DNA of 64,000 bases from Candidatus Nomurabacteria bacterium (GTDB taxonomy: Bacteria; Patescibacteriota; WWE3; UBA101185; UBA10185), in assembly GCA_020631855.1 (NCBI GenBank), contig JACKGU010000001.1:231601-295600 (forward strand). Direction: 5' to 3'. The notes under the pieces were generated by a model, which saw only the letters and a program-made list of their open reading frames with translations, ran no database searches and was not told the DNA's origin. Of the stretch, positions 1 to 8,575 are shown piece after piece (the stretch's first letter is position 1; each line of letters opens with the position of its first letter). The position numbers were made by a program, and so were the translations under genes.

Positions 1-2622
1 ACTTACTACTGCAACAGATGTTACACCGTCCCCGTCGTTTAGGCGAATAAGCTTTACCCCTTGTGTGGCTCGCCCCAGAGTTGGGAGTTGTTCCTCGTCA
101 AGCCTAATAAATTTACCTGTTCTGGTTGCAATTATAATGTCGTTTTCCACTGTTGTATTTATCATTCTGGCAGCAATTAGGTCGCCGGTTTTATCTGAAA
201 CCTTGTAAGTTAATATTCCTGAGCCTCCTCTGTTCTGTTTTTTATATTCGCTGAGATCGGTTTTTTTACCCATTCCTTTAGAGCTAACTACTAGAAGCTT
301 AAAGTCTTTTTGTTCTTTATCTTGAGGGACACGAACCATGCCTATTACGGAGTCTCCTTTTTTCTTGAACTTAATGCCTGTGACTCCTGCTGCTGCTCTT
401 CCCATTTGCCTGACATCGTTTTCATTGAAGCGAATCGACATTCCCATTTTAGTTGTAAGTATGATATCGTCTTGGCCCTTTGTTATTCTCACCCATGCCA
501 GATTATCCCCCTCGGTTAAGTTAATGGCTATAATTCCCGAAGTTCGAATATTTGCGAAGTCGTTCATTGAGGTTTTTTTAACTCTACCAAGCTCGGTACC
601 GAAGAATATAAAGCCTTGTTCGGCTTCCATTTGTGCGGGGGTTAAGGTTAGCATGGACTGTACATACTCACTTTGCCGAATGTTTAAAAAGTTAACAAGT
701 GCTGTTCCTTTCGAAGACTTTCCTGTTTCCGGAATCTCCCAGATTCTAAGTTTATATACTTTTCCTGTGTTGGTAAAAAACAAAGCGTAATCGTGAGTTT
801 CGCATAAGCGAATAGTGTTAACAACATCTTCCTCTTTCAGTTCCTGGCCTTTTACACCCTTTCCTCCCCTACCCTGTTTCTTATAGATATTTTCGTTTAG
901 CCTTTTTATGTAACCATTCTCAGATATTGTTATAATGCATTGCTCGTTAGGGATTAAATCTTCATCTGCAATTTCTCCTATTTTTCCTTTAACAACTTTT
1001 GTGTGCCTTTCGTCTGCGTATTTTTGCTTTATCTCTAAGAGTTCGTTTTTTACCTCGTTAATTATTAGTTGAGGTGAGCCCAACAAAGCCTCAAATCCTT
1101 CAATGGTGTTTACAATTTCTGCGAGCTCGTCTTCAATTTTTTTGCGCTCTAATGCGGCCAACTTTCTTAGCTGCATGTCAAGAATGGCTTGTGCCTGTAT
1201 GTGGCTCAAAGCAAACTTTGACATAAGGCCTGTTTTTGCAGTTTCCGCGTCTTTGCTGGCCCTGATTAATTTTATAACCTCGTCCAGATTATCAAGGGCT
1301 ATTTTTAAACCTTGTAGCACATGCTCGCGGGATTTAACCTTTTTGAGTAGAAATAGTGTCCTTTTAACTACAATTTCTTGTCGGTGCTTTAAAAACTCCT
1401 CTAAAATTATTTTTAGGGTCATTAGTTTAGGTTCTCCGTTTAGTAGAGCAACCATGTTTGTGTTAAATGTGTTTTGTAAAGGGGTGTACTTATAGAGCTG
1501 GTTTTGTACTTTTTTAACAATGGCGTCTTTTTTAAGTTCTATAACAATCCTCATGCCCTCTCTGTTTGATTCATCTCGTAGTTCTGCGATATCTTTTATT
1601 TTCTTTTCGTGTACAAGGGCCGCAATTTTGGATACTAGGGTGGCTTTTATTACTTGGTAGGGTATTTCGGTAACAATTATTCTTGTTCTCCCGGCTTTCG
1701 TTTCTTCAATTTCCATTTTTGCTCTTGTTACAACCCTTCCCCTACCTGTAGCATACATTTGAAGAATTTCTTTCTGATCGTATATGGTGCCGCCTGTTGG
1801 AAAATCAGGCCCTTTTATAAATTGCGTAAGGTCCTCGACTGTTGCTGCGGAAACGAAGTCGGTTTTAGTGACTTTTAGTCGGTAATTGAGCAGGGCCGGG
1901 CTGTCGGGTTCTTTTGAGTCAATAACATCGATTATGTCTTCGTCGGTGGGTTCAGGCCCTATGTTCGTTGCTTTATTAATAAGTAATTCAAGCCCATCAA
2001 TAATTTCCCCTAAGTTATGAGGAGGGATATTAGTGGCCATGCCTACAGCAATTCCTGTTACCCCGTTTAATAAAAGATTTGGTAGTACAGATGGTAAATA
2101 GACCGGTTCTTCTACCTGTAAGTCATTAACTACATGATTCACAGTTTCTTTATCTATGTCTTTATATAGTTCTTCAGCTATTTTTTGCAGTTTACATTCT
2201 GTATACCTAAATGCTGCGGGGCTGTCTCCGTCTATGCTTCCGAAATTTCCTTGCGGGAAAATTAGTGGGTACCTAAGGGTAAAGTCTTGTCCCATTCTGA
2301 CAAGTGCATCGTAGATTGAGGCGTCGCCGTGAGGGTGATACTTTTTCATAACTTCGCCTACTACTGCTGCGCATTTGTGAAACTTTCCACTCACTTGCAT
2401 GTTTTGGTCCTGCATCGCATAAATTATGCGTCTTTGTACCGGTTTAAGACCATCTCTAACGTCCGGAAGTGCTCTTGAAACAATTACGCTCATGGCATAG
2501 TCTAAGTAAGCTTTTTGCATTTCTTTGGAGATGTCTGCTTTAATTATTGTTGGATCCAACTGTTCGTTTAATACGTCATCGTCACTGTTTTCTGCGATTG
2601 TTTTTATTTCTTCGTCTGCCAT
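1..2622 (-). CDS. gyrA: DNA gyrase subunit A (C-terminal part runs off window start)
   Basis: Manual translation of the minus strand from ATG at 2622-2620 gives MADEEIKTIAENSDDD...MSVIVSRALPDVRDGLKPVQRRIIYAM...HPHGDASIYDALVRMGQDF...GNFGSIDGD. These are canonical GyrA N-terminal motifs including the catalytic-Tyr region. The reading frame stays open to position 1. It is not in the ORF track because it runs off the window edge. Confidence 0.9.
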   Translation of the reverse strand, partial: MADEEIKTIAENSDDDVLNEQLDPTIIKADISKEMQKAYLDYAMSVIVSRALPDVRDGLKPVQRRIIYAMQDQNMQVSGKFHKCAAVVGEVMKKYHPHGDASIYDALVRMGQDFTLRYPLIFPQGNFGSIDGDSPAAFRYTECKLQKIAEELYKDIDKETVNHVVNDLQVEEPVYLPSVLPNLLLNGVTGIAVGMATNIPPHNLGEIIDGLELLINKATNIGPEPTDEDIIDVIDSKEPDSPALLNYRLKVTKTDFVSAATVEDLTQFIKGPDFPTGGTIYDQKEILQMYATGRGRVVTRAKMEIEETKAGRTRIIVTEIPYQVIKATLVSKIAALVHEKKIKDIAELRDESNREGMRIVIELKKDAIVKKVQNQLYKYTPLQNTFNTNMVALLNGEPKLMTLKIILEEFLKHRQEIVVKRTLFLLKKVKSREHVLQGLKIALDNLDEVIKLIRASKDAETAKTGLMSKFALSHIQAQAILDMQLRKLAALERKKIEDELAEIVNTIEGFEALLGSPQLIINEVKNELLEIKQKYADERHTKVVKGKIGEIADEDLIPNEQCIITISENGYIKRLNENIYKKQGRGGKGVKGQELKEEDVVNTIRLCETHDYALFFTNTGKVYKLRIWEIPETGKSSKGTALVNFLNIRQSEYVQSMLTLTPAQMEAEQGFIFFGTELGRVKKTSMNDFANIRTSGIIAINLTEGDNLAWVRITKGQDDIILTTKMGMSIRFNENDVRQMGRAAAGVTGIKFKKKGDSVIGMVRVPQDKEQKDFKLLVVSSKGMGKKTDLSEYKKQNRGGSGILTYKVSDKTGDLIAARMINTTVENDIIIATRTGKFIRLDEEQLPTLGRATQGVKLIRLNDGDGVTSVAVVS

Positions 2623-2631
2623 AGCCTAGTC

Positions 2632-2660
2632 ATGATAGCAGTTTTTTTTATATGTATCAA
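2632..2660 (-). promoter_or_regulatory. Sigma70-like promoter for gyrA (-35 TTGATA, 17-nt spacer, -10 TATCAT on the minus strand); implies a near-leaderless gyrA mRNA
   Basis: Minus-strand sequence is TTGATAcatataaaaaaaactgcTATCATgactaggctATG. The -35 lies at 2660-2655 and the -10 at 2637-2632. The start codon is only about 10 nt downstream. Confidence 0.35.
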
Positions 2661-2663
2661 TTT

Positions 2664-2782
2664 ATAATTTCGTTACTTAAAACTACTTGCATAAGCTAGT
2701 AGATGTAGTTTACCCAACATGTTAGGCTTTGTAATGCAAAGAAATTACAGCAAACCACCTGCATAAGCCGGCGGTAGTTGAT
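2664..2782 (+). repeat. Copy A of an interspersed ~119-bp double-hairpin repeat (starts ATAATTTCGTTACTTAAAACTAC, ends GGCGGTAGTTGAT)
   Basis: Near-identical copies at 7518-7637, 7636-7754 and 35352-35470, a partial copy at 27399-27498 and a fragment at 28249-28293. It contains two stem-loops with loop TGCRTAAGC. Confidence 0.85.
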
Positions 2783-2902
2783 TAAGTGCTTCTTTTTGTT
2801 TAAAAAAGTAGCAGCTTAGATTATTTTCTGTAAGAAACCGATAGACTGGTTGTAGCAATAGACGTCTCTTGTAAATTCCCGAACATAAACTAGAATATAG
2901 CT

Positions 2903-4252
2903 GTGCAAAAGCTTATAGATACAGTAAAAAAACTTCATGATAAAGAATATCGAAAAGCCGGACATTCGGTTTTTGACCATGTACTGGCAGTTTATAACTA
3001 TCTGTTGGATTTAGATATTGACGATCGGGTTATGCTCCAGGCTGCTTTGATCCACCATTCCTTGCCGGAACACGAGGCCGCAGTTACGAAAGTGTGTGAC
3101 GCGGAAACTATAGCTTTTGCTAAAAATTACCAACAGGTAAGGCAGCTGCGTATTAATGTAAAGCCTTATTTCGATGCAGATAGAATAGTTGCTGCAATTA
3201 ATACCTTTGAAGATACTCGTTTGTTGGTTTTGCGATTGGTAGATAAGGCAGTAGATTCAGGTAGTTTATTTGCTCTACTGCCGGAAGATAGAAAAAAACA
3301 AGCAATTAAAAGAATATACTACTATGCGCCGCTCGCAAATCTTCTTGGTTTATCTAAAGTTCAGAGGGTTTTGGAAGAAAATTCCTTTAAAACTCTGTAT
3401 CCGGAGAAGTACTATGAGGTGGAAGATTTTGTTGCCGAGAAGGCTGGAGGTTTGGGCTTAGTGTTAAAAGATGCAATAAGTTTTATCGACTCTATATTAT
3501 ACGAAAACTCTATTCCCGCTACAGTTGAGGGAAGAATTAAAACTATCCCCTCTTTGTTTAAAAAAGCTTGGTCAAAGACAAACAATGGTCCTCAGGATGT
3601 AGCTGATCTTTTAGCAATACGAGTTATAACCGATTCTGTTGCCAATTGTTATGCGGCGGAAAGTTTATTAAACAACATATGGCATGCCTCCGAATCTTTG
3701 CGTAATGACTACATACAAAACCCAAAACCTAGCGGATATAGATCCTTGCATTTAACATACCGTATGTCGGAAGAGCTTATGATTGAGGTTCAGTTCAAAA
3801 CTGCCGAAATGCATGAATATAACGAGCACGGAGCTGCAAGTCATATAATTTATAAATTCGGACCATCTTTTAAGCAAGTGTTGCTAGAAAATTCTGGGTT
3901 TTTGAAGAGGTTAAATTTTTTAGAAAACTCAGAAAATTCAAATATTAAAATTCCTACCAAAAATATATTTGCATATACTCCAAAAGGAGATGTTGTAAAG
4001 CTACCTGCCGGTTCTACAGTAGTGGATTTTGCCTTTTCCTTGCACTCCGATTTAGGTCTAGCTTGTAATGGGGCCTTGGTAAATAATTCCATTAGACCTT
4101 TGAAATATGAACTGCAGACGGGAGATACCGTAACTATATTGTTGAAAAAGTCACACAACCCCGTTTCCCGAGACTGGCTGCAGATTGCAAAAACCAAACG
4201 AGCAAGATCTGCAATAAGAAAAGCAATAAGAAAGTCTTCCGAGACCCAATAG
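2903..4252 (+). CDS. RelA/SpoT-homolog (RSH) (p)ppGpp synthetase. The synthetase motifs and TGS domain are intact, the hydrolase HD motif reads HH, and there is no ACT domain.
   Basis: Synthetase motifs present: DLLAIRVITDSVANCYAAESLLNNIWH, GYRSLH, EVQFKTAEMHEYNEHGAASH. TGS-like segment: FAYTPKGDVVKLPAGSTVVDFAFSLHSDLG. The N-terminus has RKAGHSVFDHVLAV, but where Rel/SpoT has LLHDxxED this protein has ALIHHSLPEHE. Confidence 0.75.
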   Translation: MQKLIDTVKKLHDKEYRKAGHSVFDHVLAVYNYLLDLDIDDRVMLQAALIHHSLPEHEAAVTKVCDAETIAFAKNYQQVRQLRINVKPYFDADRIVAAINTFEDTRLLVLRLVDKAVDSGSLFALLPEDRKKQAIKRIYYYAPLANLLGLSKVQRVLEENSFKTLYPEKYYEVEDFVAEKAGGLGLVLKDAISFIDSILYENSIPATVEGRIKTIPSLFKKAWSKTNNGPQDVADLLAIRVITDSVANCYAAESLLNNIWHASESLRNDYIQNPKPSGYRSLHLTYRMSEELMIEVQFKTAEMHEYNEHGAASHIIYKFGPSFKQVLLENSGFLKRLNFLENSENSNIKIPTKNIFAYTPKGDVVKLPAGSTVVDFAFSLHSDLGLACNGALVNNSIRPLKYELQTGDTVTILLKKSHNPVSRDWLQIAKTKRARSAIRKAIRKSSETQ

Positions 4253-4390
4253 AGCATACGATGCCCATGCTGTTTCTGTTTTTAAAGTCGCCGAATTGTG
4301 TCAGTAAGCGGTTCGGTAGGTATAGAGAGACACACATTGGTTTGTCATAAGTAGCGACAGAAAGTAATTGTGTCGCAAAACTGCGGAATT

Positions 4391-5341
4391 TCACTTTTTT
4401 TGATTGTTGATGGTTTTTTCCAGTGCAGGAGCAATATCTTTTTTTCTGCTCATTTTCGGTCCTATGTCGGCTATGTCGTTTTCGAAAGAAGCTGTAAATG
4501 CTTTTTCTGCCACTGCCTGCTCTTTTTTTGTTTCGCAGATTATCTTAGAATTTATCTGTAAAATATCGGTAATGACGAAAAAAGCCATATCTATGTCCAG
4601 TTTTTGCTTAAGATTCTTCAAGGCAGGAAGTATTTTATCTTTCATTTCTATTACGATTTCAGGCTCAACTGTTTCTATCTGATTTATGAGAACATTTTTA
4701 CCTCCAAAATCGAATATTTTGTAATCCTTAACTACCAGATCTTCAACAGAAAGACCGGCTATATTGGATTTAGCCTTAAAGATTTCGAATGTAAGGTCGG
4801 AGATTATTAGTCCTAGCGCACGGGCCATATCGTGTGCGTATAAATAATCTTCCCCTGTTGTAGTGCTGGATTTCAACCCCTGTGTATCAGAAAGGATAGA
4901 TGAAAGAAGTATTCCCATTATCCCCTTGGCAGGTTTAATGGAGTTGAATTTAAAATATTCATAAACAAGCGTAGCTGTAGACCCCAGAGGCTTGATGTCA
5001 ATTCTTATTGGATGCGGCACATTAACATTTGTTTTATGGTGGTCGATAATCTCAATAATATTTTCTACTATAACCTTTTCGCTTCTTTGAGAATCCTCCG
5101 AGTGATCGACTAGCACGAAAGAATCCGAAGCATCTATTTCAAAATCTTCTATAGTCTTTGGGAGAGGCATTTCGAATTTGTTGAAGACAAATTCTGTTTC
5201 AGCATTTGCCTTTTCGGCCGATACCGCAATCAGTTCCGCGTCCTCGTACCTTCCTATGAGTCGAAGATATTCAGCATATGCTACCGGAGCTGCGACAGAA
5301 TCAAGATCCGGAGATTTATGTCCGATTACAAAAATTCTCAT
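4391..5341 (-). CDS. ppaC: Manganese-dependent inorganic pyrophosphatase (family II, DHH-DHHA2)
   Basis: N-terminus MRIFVIGHKSPDLDSVAAPVAYAEYL matches the family II PPase signature. DHH motif at IIDHH. Length about 316 aa. Confidence 0.75.
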   Translation of the reverse strand: MRIFVIGHKSPDLDSVAAPVAYAEYLRLIGRYEDAELIAVSAEKANAETEFVFNKFEMPLPKTIEDFEIDASDSFVLVDHSEDSQRSEKVIVENIIEIIDHHKTNVNVPHPIRIDIKPLGSTATLVYEYFKFNSIKPAKGIMGILLSSILSDTQGLKSSTTTGEDYLYAHDMARALGLIISDLTFEIFKAKSNIAGLSVEDLVVKDYKIFDFGGKNVLINQIETVEPEIVIEMKDKILPALKNLKQKLDIDMAFFVITDILQINSKIICETKKEQAVAEKAFTASFENDIADIGPKMSRKKDIAPALEKTINNQKK

Positions 5342-5414
5342 TGATCTTCATTTATACCACTTAAGATAGTAGGTTTCAAATTGTGTTTAGGTTTAGGGCT
5401 TGGATTTGAAGGTT

Positions 5415-7439
5415 TTATGTTACGTCGACGTCAGCATTTTTTGCATGAGTTTGAATAAATCTTTTTCTCGGAGCTACCTCTTCTCCCATCAGATTGCTGA
5501 ATACCTCGTCAGCGTGTGCGGCGTCCCCTAGTGTTATAAGCTTTAGTCTTCTAGTTTCAGGGTTCATTGTTGTATCCCAAAGTTCGTTGTCATTCATTTC
5601 TCCCAAACCCTTGAACCTTTGGATCAGGGATTTTTTTCCAATGTCAGTTTTTAAAAAAGCCTCAAGCTCTCGCTCATCTGTAATATATTGTTTGTTTTTC
5701 CCATACACGGCTTTAAATAAAGGTGGCACGGCTACATACAAGTTGCCGTTTTCTATAAGCTGCGGCATGTGTCTGAAGAAGAACGTAAGGTGTAGTGTGA
5801 CAATGTGCGCGCCGTCTACGTCAGCATCTGACATAATAATCAACTTACCGTATCTTAGTCTCGACACATCAAATTGCTCTCCAATACCGGTTCCTATCGC
5901 GATTATTAAAGGCTTAAATTTATCTGACTTAACTATTTTATCCAATCGCGCCCTTTCGGTATTTAGAGGTTTTCCAAAGACCGGCAATACTGCCTGATAC
6001 ATTCTATTTCTTCCTTGCTTGGCGGGACCTGCAGCAGAATCTCCTTCTACAATAAAAAGCTCGGTTTTTTCCGAGTTTTTTTCTGAGCAGTCGGATAGTT
6101 TTCCCGGGAGTACTCCTCCCGTATCTAATGCGCCCTTGCGAATTACGGTGTCTCTGGCTGCTTTTGCAGCAATTCGTGCTTTGAGAGCCAAAAGGTTCTT
6201 GTCAATTATTGCTTGTGCGTCTTTTGGATTTTCTTCCAGATAAACTTCGAGTGCCTCTTTTGTCACTGTTTCTACTGCTGTTCTTGCTTCCGAAGTTCCA
6301 AGCTTTCCCTTTGTTTGCCCTTCGTATTGAAGTTGGGCAGAGTCAATGTTAACCGATACTATTGCGGTTATTCCTTCTTTGAGATCGTCTCCTGAAAGAG
6401 CTTCGGCCTTATCTTTTATTAAATTATGTTTTTTGGCGTAATCATTGATTGTTTTAGTTAGCGCGCTCCTGAAGCCGGTTAAATGCGTTCCCCCCTCCCC
6501 TGTTCGAAGGTGGTTTGCAAATGTTAGTACGTTTTCGGCATATGAGTTGTTGTATTGAAACGCTATTTCAACATCGATATTCTCATAGTTTTTATGTATA
6601 TGGAAAATTTCCGGGTGCATAGGTTTTCGTGATCTGTTTAGAGATTTAATGTAGGCTTTTACGCCGCCTTCAAAATAGAAACAGTATCTCTGATCTGTTC
6701 TATGATCTATAATGTCAAATTTAATGTTTGCGGTTAAATAAGCGTATTCTCTTAACTGATTAACAAAAAATTTATATTTAAAATCCACTGTTTCAAAAAT
6801 GGTTTCGTCCGGTTTAAATTGCACAATTGTTCCTGACTCGGCATCCCACTCTTCCAGCTTCAAGCTCCATTCAGCATTTTTTACTTTTGAAATTGGGTTT
6901 TTAGGGTCTAGAGGCTCTACTTTTCTTAATACTTTCCCCCCGTCGGCATATTCCTGAATAACCAGCTCATCTCCTCTTTTTACAATTACTCGGCACCATT
7001 CTGAAAGTGCGTTTACTACTGAAGCACCTACTCCGTGTAAACCGCTGGATACTTTGTACCCTCCTGCACCAAACTTACCTCCTGCATGAAGCTTAGTGAA
7101 AGCAAGCTCGAGCGCCGACACACCGTAGCCCTTTTTTTCATCGTATGGTATACCTCTGCCGTTATCATAAATTGCCACTGATCCGTCTTTAAAAAACTCT
7201 ACTTTTATATAGTTTGCATACCCTGCCATTGCTTCGTCCATTGAATTGTTAACTACCTCTGTGACTAAGTGGTGCAAGCCTTGTTGCCCAGTTGAGCCGA
7301 TATACATTCCAGGCCTCTTTCTTACCGGATCAAGGCCTTCAAGAACCTGAATCTGATCAGATCCGTAGTTGTTATCCAGGTCAGCCTTTGATTTTTTTGT
7401 TTTTTCTTCTTTCGCCATTGCTTTAAGATTGTATAGCAT
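5415..7439 (-). CDS. gyrB: DNA gyrase subunit B
   Basis: GHKL ATPase and TOPRIM motifs: DPVRKRPGMYIGS, DNGRGIP, LHAGGKFG, GLHGVGASVVNALS, EGDSAAG, PLxGKxLN-like. Length 674 aa. The start may be the downstream Met (MAKEEK). Confidence 0.9.
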   Translation of the reverse strand: MLYNLKAMAKEEKTKKSKADLDNNYGSDQIQVLEGLDPVRKRPGMYIGSTGQQGLHHLVTEVVNNSMDEAMAGYANYIKVEFFKDGSVAIYDNGRGIPYDEKKGYGVSALELAFTKLHAGGKFGAGGYKVSSGLHGVGASVVNALSEWCRVIVKRGDELVIQEYADGGKVLRKVEPLDPKNPISKVKNAEWSLKLEEWDAESGTIVQFKPDETIFETVDFKYKFFVNQLREYAYLTANIKFDIIDHRTDQRYCFYFEGGVKAYIKSLNRSRKPMHPEIFHIHKNYENIDVEIAFQYNNSYAENVLTFANHLRTGEGGTHLTGFRSALTKTINDYAKKHNLIKDKAEALSGDDLKEGITAIVSVNIDSAQLQYEGQTKGKLGTSEARTAVETVTKEALEVYLEENPKDAQAIIDKNLLALKARIAAKAARDTVIRKGALDTGGVLPGKLSDCSEKNSEKTELFIVEGDSAAGPAKQGRNRMYQAVLPVFGKPLNTERARLDKIVKSDKFKPLIIAIGTGIGEQFDVSRLRYGKLIIMSDADVDGAHIVTLHLTFFFRHMPQLIENGNLYVAVPPLFKAVYGKNKQYITDERELEAFLKTDIGKKSLIQRFKGLGEMNDNELWDTTMNPETRRLKLITLGDAAHADEVFSNLMGEEVAPRKRFIQTHAKNADVDVT

Positions 7440-7517
7440 GTTGGATTATGTTTCAAATTATTGGAGTTTGCTGTAGATCGTTAGGTTTAAATGGGCAAAG
7501 AGAAAAACATGCTATTT

Positions 7518-7754
7518 TATAATTTCGTTACTTACAACTATTTTCGCAAGCTAGCAGATGTAGTTCGCACAACATGCTGGGCTTTGCAGTGCAAAGAAAT
7601 TACAGTAAGCCACCTGTGTAAGCTGGTGGTAGTTGATAATTTCGTTACTTACAACTATTTTCGCAAGCTAGCAGATGTAGTTCGCACAACATGCTGGGCT
7701 TTGCAGTGCAAAGAAATTACAGTAAGCCACCTGCGTAAGCTGGTGGTAGTTGAT
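7518..7754 (+). repeat. Tandem duplication (two copies, 7518-7637 and 7636-7754) of the ~119-bp double-hairpin repeat, immediately 5' of the gyrB start
   Basis: The two copies differ by a single substitution (CCACCTGTGTAAGC versus CCACCTGCGTAAGC). Track ORF 7491-7760 is an artefact of this repeat. Confidence 0.9.
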
Positions 7755-8483
7755 CTATGAATTTATTGTTAAAGCGAAGTATTCCAGAGCAAAGCGCTTG
7801 TTTACATTTGTGTTTTGTATCGCATCTGTTATTTCAAGTAGAGCCTCAAGACAAAGCAAATCTTTCTGTTCCATTCTCTCTTTAAGTTGGTTCCCGATTA
7901 TAGTCAGAACATCAAGTATTACATCCGCGTCTTCTTTTGAAAGTTCCTCTGCCCACTCGAGCCTTTGCTGAATTGTCATATATTGTTTTAAATCATGTCT
8001 TCCGGAAGCAGTGTTTGGTTGTTTCGGCTGTTTGTTATTTAGTTCAGAGTCTATGTTTGTTAATGTTATTAATTTGCATCTTGAGCGAACTGTTTGAAGC
8101 AATTTTTCAGGAGCGGGAGTTTCAAGTATAATAAGCATTGAGACTCCCATGTCCTCTAGTGTTTTCAGAAAGGCGTTTTGTGCTTGAACCGTCATTTTGT
8201 GGGCGCTACGAACAATAAGAGTCTTATAGCTGTAATGATGTGGTCTAAGAGTACAATATGTGTTCGCAATTCTAATTTGATCTATGCCTATGGAGTTTCT
8301 ATTGTTTTTAGGCGATATTATTAAAACATCGGGGTTGTTTTCGGGATCGGTGTGGTAGATGTCTTGTAGTAAATTATCAAGATATGTTTTGGAAGCATTA
8401 TAATTTGAACTTTGTAAAATGTGGCTACCTTTTTCCATAGATAAATTAAAGTATATATCTTTTCTTATTGCATACGTTACCAA
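7755..8483 (-). CDS. holB: DNA polymerase III delta-prime subunit-like (clamp-loader AAA+ protein with degenerate Walker A)
   Basis: AQNAFLKTLED (AANALLKTLEEP-like) and VRSRC (SRC motif). There is no GxxGxGKT. The start may be the internal Met (MEKGSH). Confidence 0.55.
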   Translation of the reverse strand: MVTYAIRKDIYFNLSMEKGSHILQSSNYNASKTYLDNLLQDIYHTDPENNPDVLIISPKNNRNSIGIDQIRIANTYCTLRPHHYSYKTLIVRSAHKMTVQAQNAFLKTLEDMGVSMLIILETPAPEKLLQTVRSRCKLITLTNIDSELNNKQPKQPNTASGRHDLKQYMTIQQRLEWAEELSKEDADVILDVLTIIGNQLKERMEQKDLLCLEALLEITDAIQNTNVNKRFALEYFALTINS

Positions 8484-8575
8484 ATTGCTGTTATGATTAA
8501 AAGTGATTTATACAAAATGTTATATTATACAAGTTAATCTTGATAATCTAACGGTTTGTAAAATATCGCTGCCCT

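Noticed and set aside
7491-7760. Track ORF (89 aa) with internally duplicated peptide sequence
   Set aside because: It is produced by reading through the tandem 119-bp repeat. It has no coding characteristics, and the same repeat occurs elsewhere in a non-coding context.
8484-8575. Possible divergent promoters between holB and pilB (TTGATA ... TAAAAT)
   Set aside because: The spacer between the hexamers is only 13 nt, which is too uncertain to call.
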